From contig SBBB01000025.1 of assembly GCA_005239895.1 (NCBI GenBank), positions 8,980-72,979 on the forward strand: a DNA stretch of 64,000 nucleotides. Reading direction: 5' to 3'. The position numbers and the translations under genes are program-made. Source of the DNA: a bacterium. GTDB taxonomy: Bacteria > Patescibacteriota > Patescibacteriia > SBBB01. The notes below the pieces were generated by a model. It did not search any database and was not told the origin of the DNA. It saw only the letters and a program-made list of their open reading frames with translations. This document shows positions 1 to 9,172 of the stretch, one piece after another. The number at the start of each line of letters is the position of its first letter. Positions within the stretch are counted from its first letter, which is position 1.

Positions 1-1644
1 GGTGGAGTTATTTATAACGGGAAGTATGTTGGCGCTAATTATAATTTTTATAAAATTTGGGACAGAAACTTTCGTTCAGTTTATCCCGACCAATCTTTAT
101 TGCATGAACGCGACACTAACAAATATTGGTTAATTGAAAATAAGTTGCGTAGAGGATTTGTGGGTACGGAAGTGTTAATGGCTTTATACGATCAAAATTT
201 AATTCAACAAAGCCGAATTGTGCCTGAACGCAAATTAAGTGTTTATCCTATAGGAGCACCCATAACATTTAATTATATTTATTCGGGAGTATATGTTGAA
301 CAGTTTATTCCCGACAAACCCTGGGCTTTAGATAAATCCGAAGCGGTTTTTAAATTTAAAAATTTGGGTAAAAAAACCTGGACTAATGATGATGTAACTT
401 TGCATTTAAGCACGGTCGCAGGAGCAAAAAGTATTTTTTATGATGAATCTTGGCCCGACTTAAGTGGAGGTATTTCTAGTGAAGAAAAGTCTATCGCCCC
501 AGGCGATGTTGCGACCTTTAGGGTAGCCTTAAATTTAAACACTCAACCCGGAACTTATGAAGAGCTGGTAAAATTAAAACATATTTTGCAATCTACAACC
601 ACCATGACAAATTTAGCTGTTAATAGCGACCCTAGCGCCAAACCTCAGATAAAGGTTAAAACATCTTACTTTGTTGAATCGATAGAAGATTTTATGCCGG
701 AGGGTATATTAGAGCCTGGTAAGAATTATAAAGTTACGTTTGTTTTTAAAAACGCTAGTAAGATAAATTTTCAGAAAAATAATTTAAGACTAAGCGCTTA
801 CGGAGAAGATAAAAAAGATAATCCGTTTTATACTTCCGAATGGAGAGACAAAATTAAAGTTGCTTGGTTAGATCAAGACGTAGTTAAACCTGGAGAAACA
901 GGCTCTTACACTTTTAGTATTAAAGCTCCAACCAAGAGAAAACTTTATAAACATAGTTTTGAACTTAGTTTGCACCAAAATAACAAACAATATGTTGTCG
1001 CTATTAATAATAAGGACAAAATCAATTTTATAACTCAGGTTGGCAAACAGGATAACACGGGCAGGGTTTTTAAAGATGTGGAAAATACTGATCGAACATT
1101 TTTTATGAGCTTAATGTCTCCGTTTATTGCTAAAGTTGTAGAATCTAGTATTCCTGTTGAAATGAAGCCTGGAAGTATTCGTAAGGTTAAGTTAGTTTTA
1201 AAGAACACTGGAAATGTTATATGGAATAAAGGGTCATTGCGTCTTAGTTCTTATGATGAGGCGCTAGGTGATAAACACCCCAAGAAAACATCTGGTGTTG
1301 GTATAAGTAAATTTAAATCCCCTTCTTGGAGAGATAAATTTAGAGTTACGTGGTTAGATCAAGAATCAGTTAAACCTGGCGAGCAAGGGTCATTTACTTT
1401 TACTCTCCAAGCGCCTAAAAAAATTGGAGAGTATAAACATAGCTTTGTTTTAAGTTTACATGATGAAAAATATAATAACCGAGCTATTACTATTAATGAT
1501 AATCCTAAATTAATTTTTGAAACCAAGGTAGCATCTAAGGTTACACCCAAAGTTGAGTCCAAGACTAAATCTAAAACTACAACCAAGACAGTAAATAAAA
1601 CTACACCAAAAACTAAAGCCACAACTGGAGTTAAGAAAAAATAA
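1..1644 (+). CDS. Surface/secreted protein with three NBR1-Ig-like (FW) repeats and Lys/Thr-rich tail; 5'-truncated by window edge
   Basis: Frame 1 is open from base 1 (GGVIYNGKYVGANYNFYKIWD...). Three repeats of the FKN.G..W ... V.PGE.G.F.F...AP type. Confidence 0.65.
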   Translation, partial: GGVIYNGKYVGANYNFYKIWDRNFRSVYPDQSLLHERDTNKYWLIENKLRRGFVGTEVLMALYDQNLIQQSRIVPERKLSVYPIGAPITFNYIYSGVYVEQFIPDKPWALDKSEAVFKFKNLGKKTWTNDDVTLHLSTVAGAKSIFYDESWPDLSGGISSEEKSIAPGDVATFRVALNLNTQPGTYEELVKLKHILQSTTTMTNLAVNSDPSAKPQIKVKTSYFVESIEDFMPEGILEPGKNYKVTFVFKNASKINFQKNNLRLSAYGEDKKDNPFYTSEWRDKIKVAWLDQDVVKPGETGSYTFSIKAPTKRKLYKHSFELSLHQNNKQYVVAINNKDKINFITQVGKQDNTGRVFKDVENTDRTFFMSLMSPFIAKVVESSIPVEMKPGSIRKVKLVLKNTGNVIWNKGSLRLSSYDEALGDKHPKKTSGVGISKFKSPSWRDKFRVTWLDQESVKPGEQGSFTFTLQAPKKIGEYKHSFVLSLHDEKYNNRAITINDNPKLIFETKVASKVTPKVESKTKSKTTTKTVNKTTPKTKATTGVKKK

Positions 1645-1722
1645 GATAAAAGATAGCTTATTAGTTTCTTGGCTGGTAGCTTATTAGATATTCCCAAAAA
1701 ACTAAAAAGCTAAAAAGCTACA

Positions 1723-1756
1723 TTGTCCTTCCGAAGCTTTACGCGAAGGAGGACAA
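1723..1756. repeat. Hairpin repeat (GAAGCTTTACGCGAAG core) flanked by a 16-bp direct repeat
   Basis: TTGTCCT...AGGACAA stem; AAGCTAAAAAGCTACA at 1707-1722 and 1755-1770. Confidence 0.65.
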
Positions 1757-1757
1757 G

Positions 1758-2669
1758 CTAAAAAGCTACAAGCTGATCTATAGTGCTTTGGAGATTTTTA
1801 TTCCACAAATCGTAATAATATTTTCGGCGATCATTATCGTGAAATTTTAAAACATTATCTGATAAGACTACATCACTATTTTGATTAGCCAGACTTTTTA
1901 GTCTAGATGGTAAAATAAACATTTGAAATTCCTTAGCAAGTTTTTCAATCCAGTTTAATTTAAGTTGCGTTTGAGACGGAATTGAATCCGAAACATTATT
2001 TAAAGCGCGTTGTTTAATCCAGGCATTAGCCTTAATAAATTTATTATAAGTGTCATTTCGGTTTAAGAGTGGGTATAAATTTTGAATCCAATAAATTAAA
2101 TAAATATCATTATTAGAGATTGTTAAATGTTTAATATTCAAGTTTTGATCGTTGATAAAAAAACATAGACAAATTTTATTAGTACGGTTGTGTTGTTTAG
2201 GGCGGAGATTAAAAAGGCTTAAAAAGCTTAAGGTTATTAACCTGGTTAACCATATGTAATTAGGTTTGGTTATAATAAAGAGATCTATGTCGCTTTTCTC
2301 GCTGGCGTTTTTGTATCCCAAAGAATTACAAATACCAATAAATTGAATAAATGGTAGAGCGCTAAATATATTTTTTATAAAATTAGCCAGTTTTATTTTT
2401 AAAAACGATAAAGTATAGCGATGCAATCTAGTGGCAACATTTATTTCATTGTTTTTTAAGTAATACAAGCCGTGACTATAAGAAATGATGGATTGTAATG
2501 GTTTTTTCTGTAAAGTGTTTAATATTTGAGTTAAGTTAAGGCTAGATTCATCCCCTGTTCTATTAGAGATATATTTTTGAATTTCGGTGATGGTTAAAGG
2601 GAATTTGAAAATATTAAAATATACAATTACTTCTAGAATTGATTTTTCAAGAAGCGACAACTGGGGCAT
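1758..2669 (-). CDS. Nucleotidyltransferase-fold conserved hypothetical protein
   Basis: GICNSLG...SDIDLFII resembles the Pol-beta NTase GS...DxD motif. Confidence 0.65.
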   Translation of the reverse strand: MPQLSLLEKSILEVIVYFNIFKFPLTITEIQKYISNRTGDESSLNLTQILNTLQKKPLQSIISYSHGLYYLKNNEINVATRLHRYTLSFLKIKLANFIKNIFSALPFIQFIGICNSLGYKNASEKSDIDLFIITKPNYIWLTRLITLSFLSLFNLRPKQHNRTNKICLCFFINDQNLNIKHLTISNNDIYLIYWIQNLYPLLNRNDTYNKFIKANAWIKQRALNNVSDSIPSQTQLKLNWIEKLAKEFQMFILPSRLKSLANQNSDVVLSDNVLKFHDNDRRKYYYDLWNKNLQSTIDQLVAF

Positions 2670-2679
2670 ATTTTTTTAA

Positions 2680-4185
2680 TTATTTAACATCCAAAGTGAT
2701 TTTAATGATTTTGGTGCCATCTACGATAGTAAATATTTCATTCTTATTTAAATACAGTGGTATAATTGCGGTGTTATTCATATCAAAATTATATTGACCT
2801 AAGTTGTGAAATTGTGTGCTTGACACGAAAAACAGATTTTGAGTTGCGCTTTTTTTATCCGTAGACATAGCAACCGCAATATCACCATTATTATTAATAT
2901 TTGAATAACCATTTATAGAACCGTATTGATTTTTAGTAACTTTTTTGGTTTTATTATTTATCAGTATGTTTAGCTCTAAGTCTTTGTTTTTGGTTAAACA
3001 GTTATAGAATAAATTATTATTTAAAAAATAAAATTCACTTGAAGATTCGCACTTTTCATCTAATAAAACATTACCATCATCATATAAAAATAATCCACTT
3101 CCTAGTTGAGTTATTAATTTATTTGCATCTTCAGAGATTTCAATTGGTGTCTCAGGTAAATAGTCACTAAAATTTACAGTATACGTTTGGGTTAGCTCTC
3201 TTTTATCTCGGCTAAATAAATTTAGTTCCATATGATCAGATTCAGACATAGATTTTGTAGCCACCAAATTTCCGTCTTTTGATAATGTTAAGGTTGGTAA
3301 TTGATTGCTATCTACTCCAAAGTCTAGAATTTTATTATCAAAGCTGTGCATTTTTTTAAAAGCATTATTTCTAAATATAACTATATCTGTATTATTAGCT
3401 ATAAATGCCAGAGTATTATTGTGTATTTGCATGTTTGTTGGTTGGGATTTTAAGGCGTAGGTATAATTGTTACGTAATTTCAAGTCAATTACCAGCATTT
3501 CTTTATGACCATGGGCAATAGCTAACATTTTACCGTTTGGAAAGATTGAAAAAGAGTGTTCATCAATATTTTTATATGTTCCGATTTTAAATTTTTTATC
3601 CAGCATGGGATTATGAACAAATATATCAAAATTTTCATCATTTTTATGTTCCGCAGCAAAAATAATAGCTGAGGCATTATCAGACATAGAGCGGAGTACA
3701 TTTTTTTCCCATTTTTTAGGAAATATAATAGATTTATATTTTCTTCTATCAATTATAAAAGATGTGGTGGTTTCATTATCATAAAGCAAATAACCATTTC
3801 TACCCTTCACTAAAATTGCTTGATAATCTTCAGAAAATTCCATACCTTTAAAATCCCTAAATGTTGGACGATCTTCGATATTTAATAAATCCTGTTTTTT
3901 GATATTACTTTTTGGTTGTTGAATGGATTGATTTTGAGCCTGTTGTTTAGCTTTCTCCAGTAAGGAAATTTGTTGTTGTTTAACCTTACCGGTTAATTTA
4001 TCTTTTATAAACTGTTTCACGCTAGATTCATATATATATCCGATTAACATTACTCCAGCCACAACTAATACAACTAATACAACATATAACAGAACAATCC
4101 CCGATTGAGAATTTATTTTATTTTGAAATATTTTGATATTTTTAGATTTCATACTAATTTTGACGCTCTGTTTTGTCATTTTCAT
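2680..4185 (-). CDS. Membrane-anchored hypothetical protein, probably beta-propeller
   Basis: 501-aa ORF with an N-terminal TM helix and repeated beta-strand-rich segments. Confidence 0.5.
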   Translation of the reverse strand: MKMTKQSVKISMKSKNIKIFQNKINSQSGIVLLYVVLVVLVVAGVMLIGYIYESSVKQFIKDKLTGKVKQQQISLLEKAKQQAQNQSIQQPKSNIKKQDLLNIEDRPTFRDFKGMEFSEDYQAILVKGRNGYLLYDNETTTSFIIDRRKYKSIIFPKKWEKNVLRSMSDNASAIIFAAEHKNDENFDIFVHNPMLDKKFKIGTYKNIDEHSFSIFPNGKMLAIAHGHKEMLVIDLKLRNNYTYALKSQPTNMQIHNNTLAFIANNTDIVIFRNNAFKKMHSFDNKILDFGVDSNQLPTLTLSKDGNLVATKSMSESDHMELNLFSRDKRELTQTYTVNFSDYLPETPIEISEDANKLITQLGSGLFLYDDGNVLLDEKCESSSEFYFLNNNLFYNCLTKNKDLELNILINNKTKKVTKNQYGSINGYSNINNNGDIAVAMSTDKKSATQNLFFVSSTQFHNLGQYNFDMNNTAIIPLYLNKNEIFTIVDGTKIIKITLDVK

Positions 4186-4274
4186 TTATATTTCAAAATT
4201 ATATCATATTGTAAATTAGAGCACAATGTTTGGTTCTAGACATATAGGGATACATTTGTTAAACTAATAACTGT

Positions 4275-5459
4275 ATGATTATTAAGAAAAATTTGGGGAA
4301 AATTAAAGAATTATTAACACGCGGCGTTAGTGAAGTTGTAATTTTAAAGGATTTAAAAGAAAAATTATTATCCGGCAAGTCCTTGCGTGTTAAGATTGGT
4401 ATTGATCCCACTAGTACTAATGTGCATATTGGGCGCGGGGCAACTTTATTAAAATTGCGAGATTTTCAAGAGCTAGGCCATAAAATAGTTTTGATTATCG
4501 GAGATTTTACGGGTGTTATTGGAGATAGTTCGGATAAAGAACAGGAGCGCCCGGCCTTATCCGCAGAAACTGTAAAAAATAACATGCGAACTTACATTGA
4601 TCAAATTAGCAGAATTTTAGACGTAAGTAAAATTGAGATACATTATAATTCCGAGTGGCTATCTAAATTAAACTATCATGAGATTAGTAAGCAAGCCAAT
4701 CAATTTTCATTGTCTGAATTTATGGCGCGTGAAAATATTAAGAAAAGATTTGAAGCTGGTAAGCGCGTATCTTTGTGTGAAGTTTTGTATCCTTTAATGC
4801 AGGGTTATGATAGCGTGGCGATTAAGGCTGATATTGAAATTGGTGGAACTGATCAAAGGTTTAATATGCTAGCCGGCAGGGTTTTGCAAAAATATTATAA
4901 TCAAGATTTGCAAAATATTATAATGTTGAATTTAATGCTGGGCACGGATGGACGAAAAATGAGTTCTAGTTGGGGCAATACTATAAATATTATGGACGAC
5001 CCTAAGGATATGTTTGGAAAAGTAATGAGTATGCCTGATCATATAATGTTAGATTATTTTATTTCTTGCACGCGTGTAAGTTTAGACAAAATTAAAAAAT
5101 ATAAAACAGCATTACAAGATACAAAAGTAAATCCTAAAGATATTAAAATGGATTTAGCGTACGAGATTACTAAATTATTTTCCGGAGAATTAAATGCCAA
5201 ACAGAGTCAAGAATATTTTATTTCAACTTTTCAGAACAAAGATTTGCCAGCAGATATTAAAGAGTGTAAATTAAATAATAAAAGTATTGTGGATGCGCTG
5301 ATAATTAGTGGTTTGGTTGATAGTAAATCTAAAGCTAAAACCTTGATTGGCCAGGGCGGTATAAAGATTGATAAACAGGTTGTAAAATCCATTGATGCAT
5401 TAGTAAAGTCTGGAAATGTAATTCAAAAGGGAAAAAGATTTTTTGTTAAAGTGATATAA
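4275..5459 (+). CDS. tyrS: Tyrosine--tRNA ligase
   Basis: GIDPT..VHIGR, YPLMQGYD, GGTDQ, KMSSS, C-terminal S4 domain. Confidence 0.97.
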   Translation: MIIKKNLGKIKELLTRGVSEVVILKDLKEKLLSGKSLRVKIGIDPTSTNVHIGRGATLLKLRDFQELGHKIVLIIGDFTGVIGDSSDKEQERPALSAETVKNNMRTYIDQISRILDVSKIEIHYNSEWLSKLNYHEISKQANQFSLSEFMARENIKKRFEAGKRVSLCEVLYPLMQGYDSVAIKADIEIGGTDQRFNMLAGRVLQKYYNQDLQNIIMLNLMLGTDGRKMSSSWGNTINIMDDPKDMFGKVMSMPDHIMLDYFISCTRVSLDKIKKYKTALQDTKVNPKDIKMDLAYEITKLFSGELNAKQSQEYFISTFQNKDLPADIKECKLNNKSIVDALIISGLVDSKSKAKTLIGQGGIKIDKQVVKSIDALVKSGNVIQKGKRFFVKVI

Positions 5460-5481
5460 AAGTTACTTGTATCTCTTATCA

Positions 5482-5553
5482 GGATGGGTGGCTGAGTGGT
5501 CGAAAGCGGCACACTGCTAACGTGTTAGGGTCTAAAAAGCCCTCGCGGGTTCG
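5482..5553 (+). pseudogene. Truncated 5' copy of tRNA-Ser(GCT), interrupted in the T-loop
   Basis: 71/72 nt identical to 5920-5991; ends at GGGTTCG, followed by three hairpins; no 3' acceptor strand. Confidence 0.9.
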
Positions 5554-5614
5554 CCCTATCATCCGATAGGGCTTGCCCTATCGTATGATGGGGCGTCCTG
5601 TCGAATGACAGGAC
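5553..5614. repeat. Three tandem 8-bp-stem/4-nt-loop hairpins
   Basis: GCCCTATC-ATCC-GATAGGGC, GCCCTATC-GTAT-GATGGGGC, GTCCTGTC-GAAT-GACAGGAC. Confidence 0.85.
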
Positions 5615-5653
5615 GAATCTATTTTATACGAAGAATTGGTGTAAATAAAAAGT

Positions 5654-5911
5654 ATGTATTTCGTTTATGTTCTTGCTTTAAATAATGGTGATTGTTATAT
5701 TGGATCTACTGAAAATTTGAAGCGTAGAATTGTTGAGCATAAATCGAACAAGGTTAATTCAACAATAAATAAAAGTTCAAAACTTATACATTATGAAGTG
5801 TATAAGCTTAAAAGCGATGCTTTAAGAAGAGAGAAATTTCTTAAAACAACTGAAGGCAAAAGATTGTTGAGGCAACAAATACGTGATATATTAAAACAAA
5901 ATAAGACGTAA
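5654..5911 (+). CDS. Small GIY-YIG nuclease family protein
   Basis: YFVYVL...YIGSTENLKRRIVEH...ALRREKFLK. Confidence 0.92.
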   Translation: MYFVYVLALNNGDCYIGSTENLKRRIVEHKSNKVNSTINKSSKLIHYEVYKLKSDALRREKFLKTTEGKRLLRQQIRDILKQNKT

Positions 5912-5919
5912 AAGTGAAA

Positions 5920-6007
5920 GGAAGGGTGGCTGAGTGGTCGAAAGCGGCACACTGCTAACGTGTTAGGGTCTAAAAAGCCCTCGCGGGTTCGAATCCCGCC
6001 CCTTCCG
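5920..6007 (+). tRNA. tRNA-Ser(GCT)
   Basis: Acceptor GGAAGGG/CCCTTCC, anticodon loop CT-GCT-AA, long variable arm, GGTTCGAATCC; CCA not encoded. Confidence 0.95.
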
Positions 6008-6012
6008 CCTTC

Positions 6013-6063
6013 GTCACGACGTAGCTTTAGCGAAGTCGGACTTCGCCAAATCTACGTCGTGAC
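6013..6063. repeat. 24-bp-stem hairpin with CGG loop directly after tRNA-Ser
   Basis: GTCACGACGTAGCTTTAGCGAAGT-CGG-ACTTCGCCAAATCTACGTCGTGAC (2 mismatches). Confidence 0.85.
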
Positions 6064-6132
6064 TACGGCGTGACGCAGTCCGCCTGGTCGAGCGAAAGCG
6101 GGCTATATTCAGAGTTAAAGCAATGAATAATT

Positions 6133-6366
6133 ATGTATTATGTTTACTCTCTAGAATGTAAAGATGGTTATTATATCGGATGTACAGATAACTTGAAAAA
6201 CAGGCTTTTAAGACATAAAAAAGGATACATACCTGCAACAAAAGATAGATTGCCAATAAAACTTGATTTTTATATAGCCTTGCAAAATAAATATAAGGCT
6301 TTTGAATTTGAAAAATACCTTAAGTCTGGTTCAGGAAGAGCTTTTTTAAATAAACATTTTATATAA
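6133..6366 (+). CDS. Small GIY-YIG nuclease family protein
   Basis: YYVYSL...YIGCTDNLKNRLLRH...FEKYLKSGSGRAFL. Confidence 0.93.
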   Translation: MYYVYSLECKDGYYIGCTDNLKNRLLRHKKGYIPATKDRLPIKLDFYIALQNKYKAFEFEKYLKSGSGRAFLNKHFI

Positions 6367-6386
6367 TTTAAAACATAGTAAATAAT

Positions 6387-6578
6387 ATGGAAAATGAAAT
6401 AATTTATATGTGCGATGGAACTTGCAAGGGTGTATCTAAAGAGCCTGTAAATTGCGGTGATCCAAACTGTAATTTGTATCAAAAACCACTTAAGAAACAT
6501 GCGCAATGCGAATCTTGTGCTACAGCTTCATTAAAAGACAACCAAACCCATGCTTGTCCAAATTGCCAAGCGCTTTGA
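6387..6578 (+). CDS. Small Cys-rich putative zinc-binding protein
   Basis: Four Cys pairs (CDGTC, CGDPNC, CESC, CPNC) in 63 aa. Confidence 0.6.
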   Translation: MENEIIYMCDGTCKGVSKEPVNCGDPNCNLYQKPLKKHAQCESCATASLKDNQTHACPNCQAL

Positions 6579-6584
6579 GAATCT

Positions 6585-6611
6585 ATGTTTAGTACTCGGA
6601 GTACTAAACAT
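6585..6611. repeat. ATGTTT...AAACAT hairpin family member
   Basis: Perfect 12-bp stem with CGG loop; relatives at 16088, 26100, 34529, 36231, 61890. Confidence 0.85.
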
Positions 6612-6641
6612 TAATTAATCATTTCTTTTAATAAAAGAATT

Positions 6642-7247
6642 ATGGTAAGTTCAAAAATAAAGGTTGTAAACCGTTGTTCTTGGTCAGGTGAAAATAGTCT
6701 GATGATTAAATATCATGATGAAGAGTGGGGTGTGCCAGTGTACGATGATCGTAAACTTTTTGAATTTTTGGTTTTGGAAAGTGCGCAAGCTGGTCTTAGT
6801 TGGCAAACAATTCTTAATAAACGAGAAAATTATCGCAAAGCATTTAGTGGTTTTGATGTTAAGAAAATTGCTCGTTACGGATCACAAGACATAAAGAGAT
6901 TGATTTTAGATTCTGGCATTGTTCGCAATCGTTTAAAAATTGCTTCCGTAATTCAAAACACAAAAATGTTTTTAAATATTCAAAAAGAATTTGGTTCTTT
7001 TAATAAATATATTTGGAAGTTTATTGATGGTAAAATTATTAATAATAAGATCAAGTCTCAAAAAGATATTCCCGTGGCTAGCAATGAGTCGCGTAATATG
7101 AGTAAAGATTTATTAAAACGCGGTTTTAAATTTATTGGCCCTACGATTTGTTATGCTTTTATGCAAGCCGTCGGCATGGTAAATGATCATGAAATTAAAT
7201 GTTTTAGATATAATGTAGTGATAGGCATACCAAAAATTAAATCTTAG
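6642..7247 (+). CDS. tag: DNA-3-methyladenine glycosylase I
   Basis: RCSW...YHDEEWG, LESAQAGLSW..IL.KR, GFKFIGPT, NDH...C. Confidence 0.96.
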   Translation: MVSSKIKVVNRCSWSGENSLMIKYHDEEWGVPVYDDRKLFEFLVLESAQAGLSWQTILNKRENYRKAFSGFDVKKIARYGSQDIKRLILDSGIVRNRLKIASVIQNTKMFLNIQKEFGSFNKYIWKFIDGKIINNKIKSQKDIPVASNESRNMSKDLLKRGFKFIGPTICYAFMQAVGMVNDHEIKCFRYNVVIGIPKIKS

Positions 7248-7317
7248 TATAATTTGCGTGTTTTAAATACTGTCTTTAGTAGTGGATTATGCGTGGCACT
7301 GTATTTGGTATTAGTGT

Positions 7318-7347
7318 TTGACATGTATAAAAGCGTTGTGTTATATT
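7318..7347 (+). promoter_or_regulatory. Putative sigma70 promoter of orphan gene pair
   Basis: TTGACA ... TGT-TATATT upstream of an AAGGAGGT RBS. Confidence 0.45.
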
Positions 7348-7413
7348 TAAATCATGGTAGTTTGTTGTTCCGACTTGACAATTCGACTGTGAACATTTTA
7401 ACAAGGAGGTACT

Positions 7414-8004
7414 ATGTCAGTAGAAAATGGATTGCAAGAGTATAACGGTAGGTGTGTTTTCTTAAATGGCATGTGGTATTTACAAGTAAAGAAGGACCTG
7501 TGGATTGATATAATACACTTGGCATCAATTGTTTTTAAATCTTTGAACAGTAAAAAGATTAAGACAAGTTTTAACTGTGAGCAGGCTTTAATTGAAGCAG
7601 ATAGTACGGGCAATCAAATCTTGACATATCAAGAAACTAGTTTTGGTTGGCAGGTTGATCATGGAATGCTTCTAACACATATCAATACAGTAGCGAGAGT
7701 ACTGTATAATATATTTGTACGCATTAAAGTTAAGCCAGGATTGCATTTTAGTATTACGGCCAATCCCCTGCCGAATGAACCAATTCATTATATAGCGATG
7801 CTGGATTCGTCAGATAGTGTAAATGGTATATTCATACCAAAACCTGATCGTGACAATAATCGTATATGTAAAGCTCGAAATATTTTTGAAGCATGTGTAT
7901 ACTTAAAAGGTGACAAATGTTTTAAATTTACTCCAATTGGTTTAGAGTGCTTTGAGACTCGAAGTGGCATTGCTGGTACCTGTCTACTCAAAGCGTTAGT
8001 ATGA
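7414..8004 (+). CDS. Hypothetical protein (paralog of 8044-8610)
   Basis: AAGGAGGT RBS; C-terminal C..CVYL...C...GIAGTC. Confidence 0.7.
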   Translation: MSVENGLQEYNGRCVFLNGMWYLQVKKDLWIDIIHLASIVFKSLNSKKIKTSFNCEQALIEADSTGNQILTYQETSFGWQVDHGMLLTHINTVARVLYNIFVRIKVKPGLHFSITANPLPNEPIHYIAMLDSSDSVNGIFIPKPDRDNNRICKARNIFEACVYLKGDKCFKFTPIGLECFETRSGIAGTCLLKALV

Positions 8005-8043
8005 GTAGTTAATAATCCGACTTTTTTAAAAAAGGAGGTAGGT

Positions 8044-8610
8044 ATGTCAGTAAAAGAACAGGATCAAATCTATTGTGGTAGGTATTATATTTCTGCAGAC
8101 AAGGGTCTGTGGTCCTTGCACACTGGTGTAGAAATGATAAATGTAGCAGAATTGATAAAAAAGTCTTTATATTTATTTCATGAGAAGCATATTGCGTATG
8201 GTTGCAATCGGTATGATGGGTTTTGGATCAAGGTAGATCCTAAATATCGCGACATATTAAGATACAAAGAAACCGCTAAAGATGGTTTTCAGGTTGTTCC
8301 TAGCGACTTGTTTGATCACATTCAGCTGACTATGTATTGGCTTCATAACAGATTAATATATATTATGTTTGGTGAGGGATATTTCAGTATCATTGCCAAT
8401 CAGAATGAGGAGGTTCATTCTGTGTCTATGAGCGAGGATGGGTTCGTGCCTGTGTCTCTAGAAGATCAGGCTGGTATATGTTTTAGTAAGGGTTTTACCT
8501 GTGTATATTTAGAAAATGGTAATTGCCGTAAATATACAAGTACAAAAAAAGAGCTTCTGTCTATGTTTGAAAAAAGTGGAATTATTGGTACTTGTGTGTT
8601 AAAAAAATAG
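8044..8610 (+). CDS. Hypothetical protein (paralog of 7414-8004)
   Basis: AAGGAGGT RBS; C..CVYL...C...GIIGTC. Confidence 0.7.
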   Translation: MSVKEQDQIYCGRYYISADKGLWSLHTGVEMINVAELIKKSLYLFHEKHIAYGCNRYDGFWIKVDPKYRDILRYKETAKDGFQVVPSDLFDHIQLTMYWLHNRLIYIMFGEGYFSIIANQNEEVHSVSMSEDGFVPVSLEDQAGICFSKGFTCVYLENGNCRKYTSTKKELLSMFEKSGIIGTCVLKK

Positions 8611-8643
8611 GATAATATTTATTATTTAATAAAAATATTGCGT

Positions 8644-8675
8644 ATGGGTGCTTTTTTGTTTCCAAGAGCACCCAT
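8644..8675 (+). terminator. Stem-loop after paralog pair
   Basis: ATGGGTGCT...AGCACCCAT inverted repeat. Confidence 0.5.
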
Positions 8676-8775
8676 TAATGTTTTAAAAACAAATAATTTT
8701 GTCACTATTTTGATTTTCATAATTTTGTAGAGTATAATTATAATGTAGATATTTTTAAATTATTTAAATTTTAGT

Positions 8776-9108
8776 ATGGCTACGATTGAAGATTTTCAAA
8801 AATTAGATATTAGGGTTGGTAAAATTATGGATGTTGAAGAATTACCAAATGCTAAATACACTACACATAAGCTTACGATTGATTTTGGTGAAGAGATTGG
8901 TAAAAAAGTTTCTGGCGCTCGCGTTATTAGGTACACTAAAGATCAATTAATTGGTAAGCTTATTTTAGGTGTAGTTAATTTCCCCAATAGACAAATTGGC
9001 AAATTAAATTCTGAAGTATTGACCCTAGGTGTGCCAGACGCGAACAAAGAGTGTATTTTAATTTCACCAGATAGTAATGATGTTGTTATTGGTAGCAAAC
9101 TTTATTAA
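8776..9108 (+). CDS. csaA: tRNA-binding OB-fold protein (CsaA/Trbp111 family)
   Basis: FQKLDIRVGKI, VVNFPNRQIG...SEVLTLG. Confidence 0.85.
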   Translation: MATIEDFQKLDIRVGKIMDVEELPNAKYTTHKLTIDFGEEIGKKVSGARVIRYTKDQLIGKLILGVVNFPNRQIGKLNSEVLTLGVPDANKECILISPDSNDVVIGSKLY

Positions 9109-9172
9109 ATAACAAAAATAGACTAAAAGTTTTTCTTGACTTACATATTGATTTGGTTATAATATATATTAT

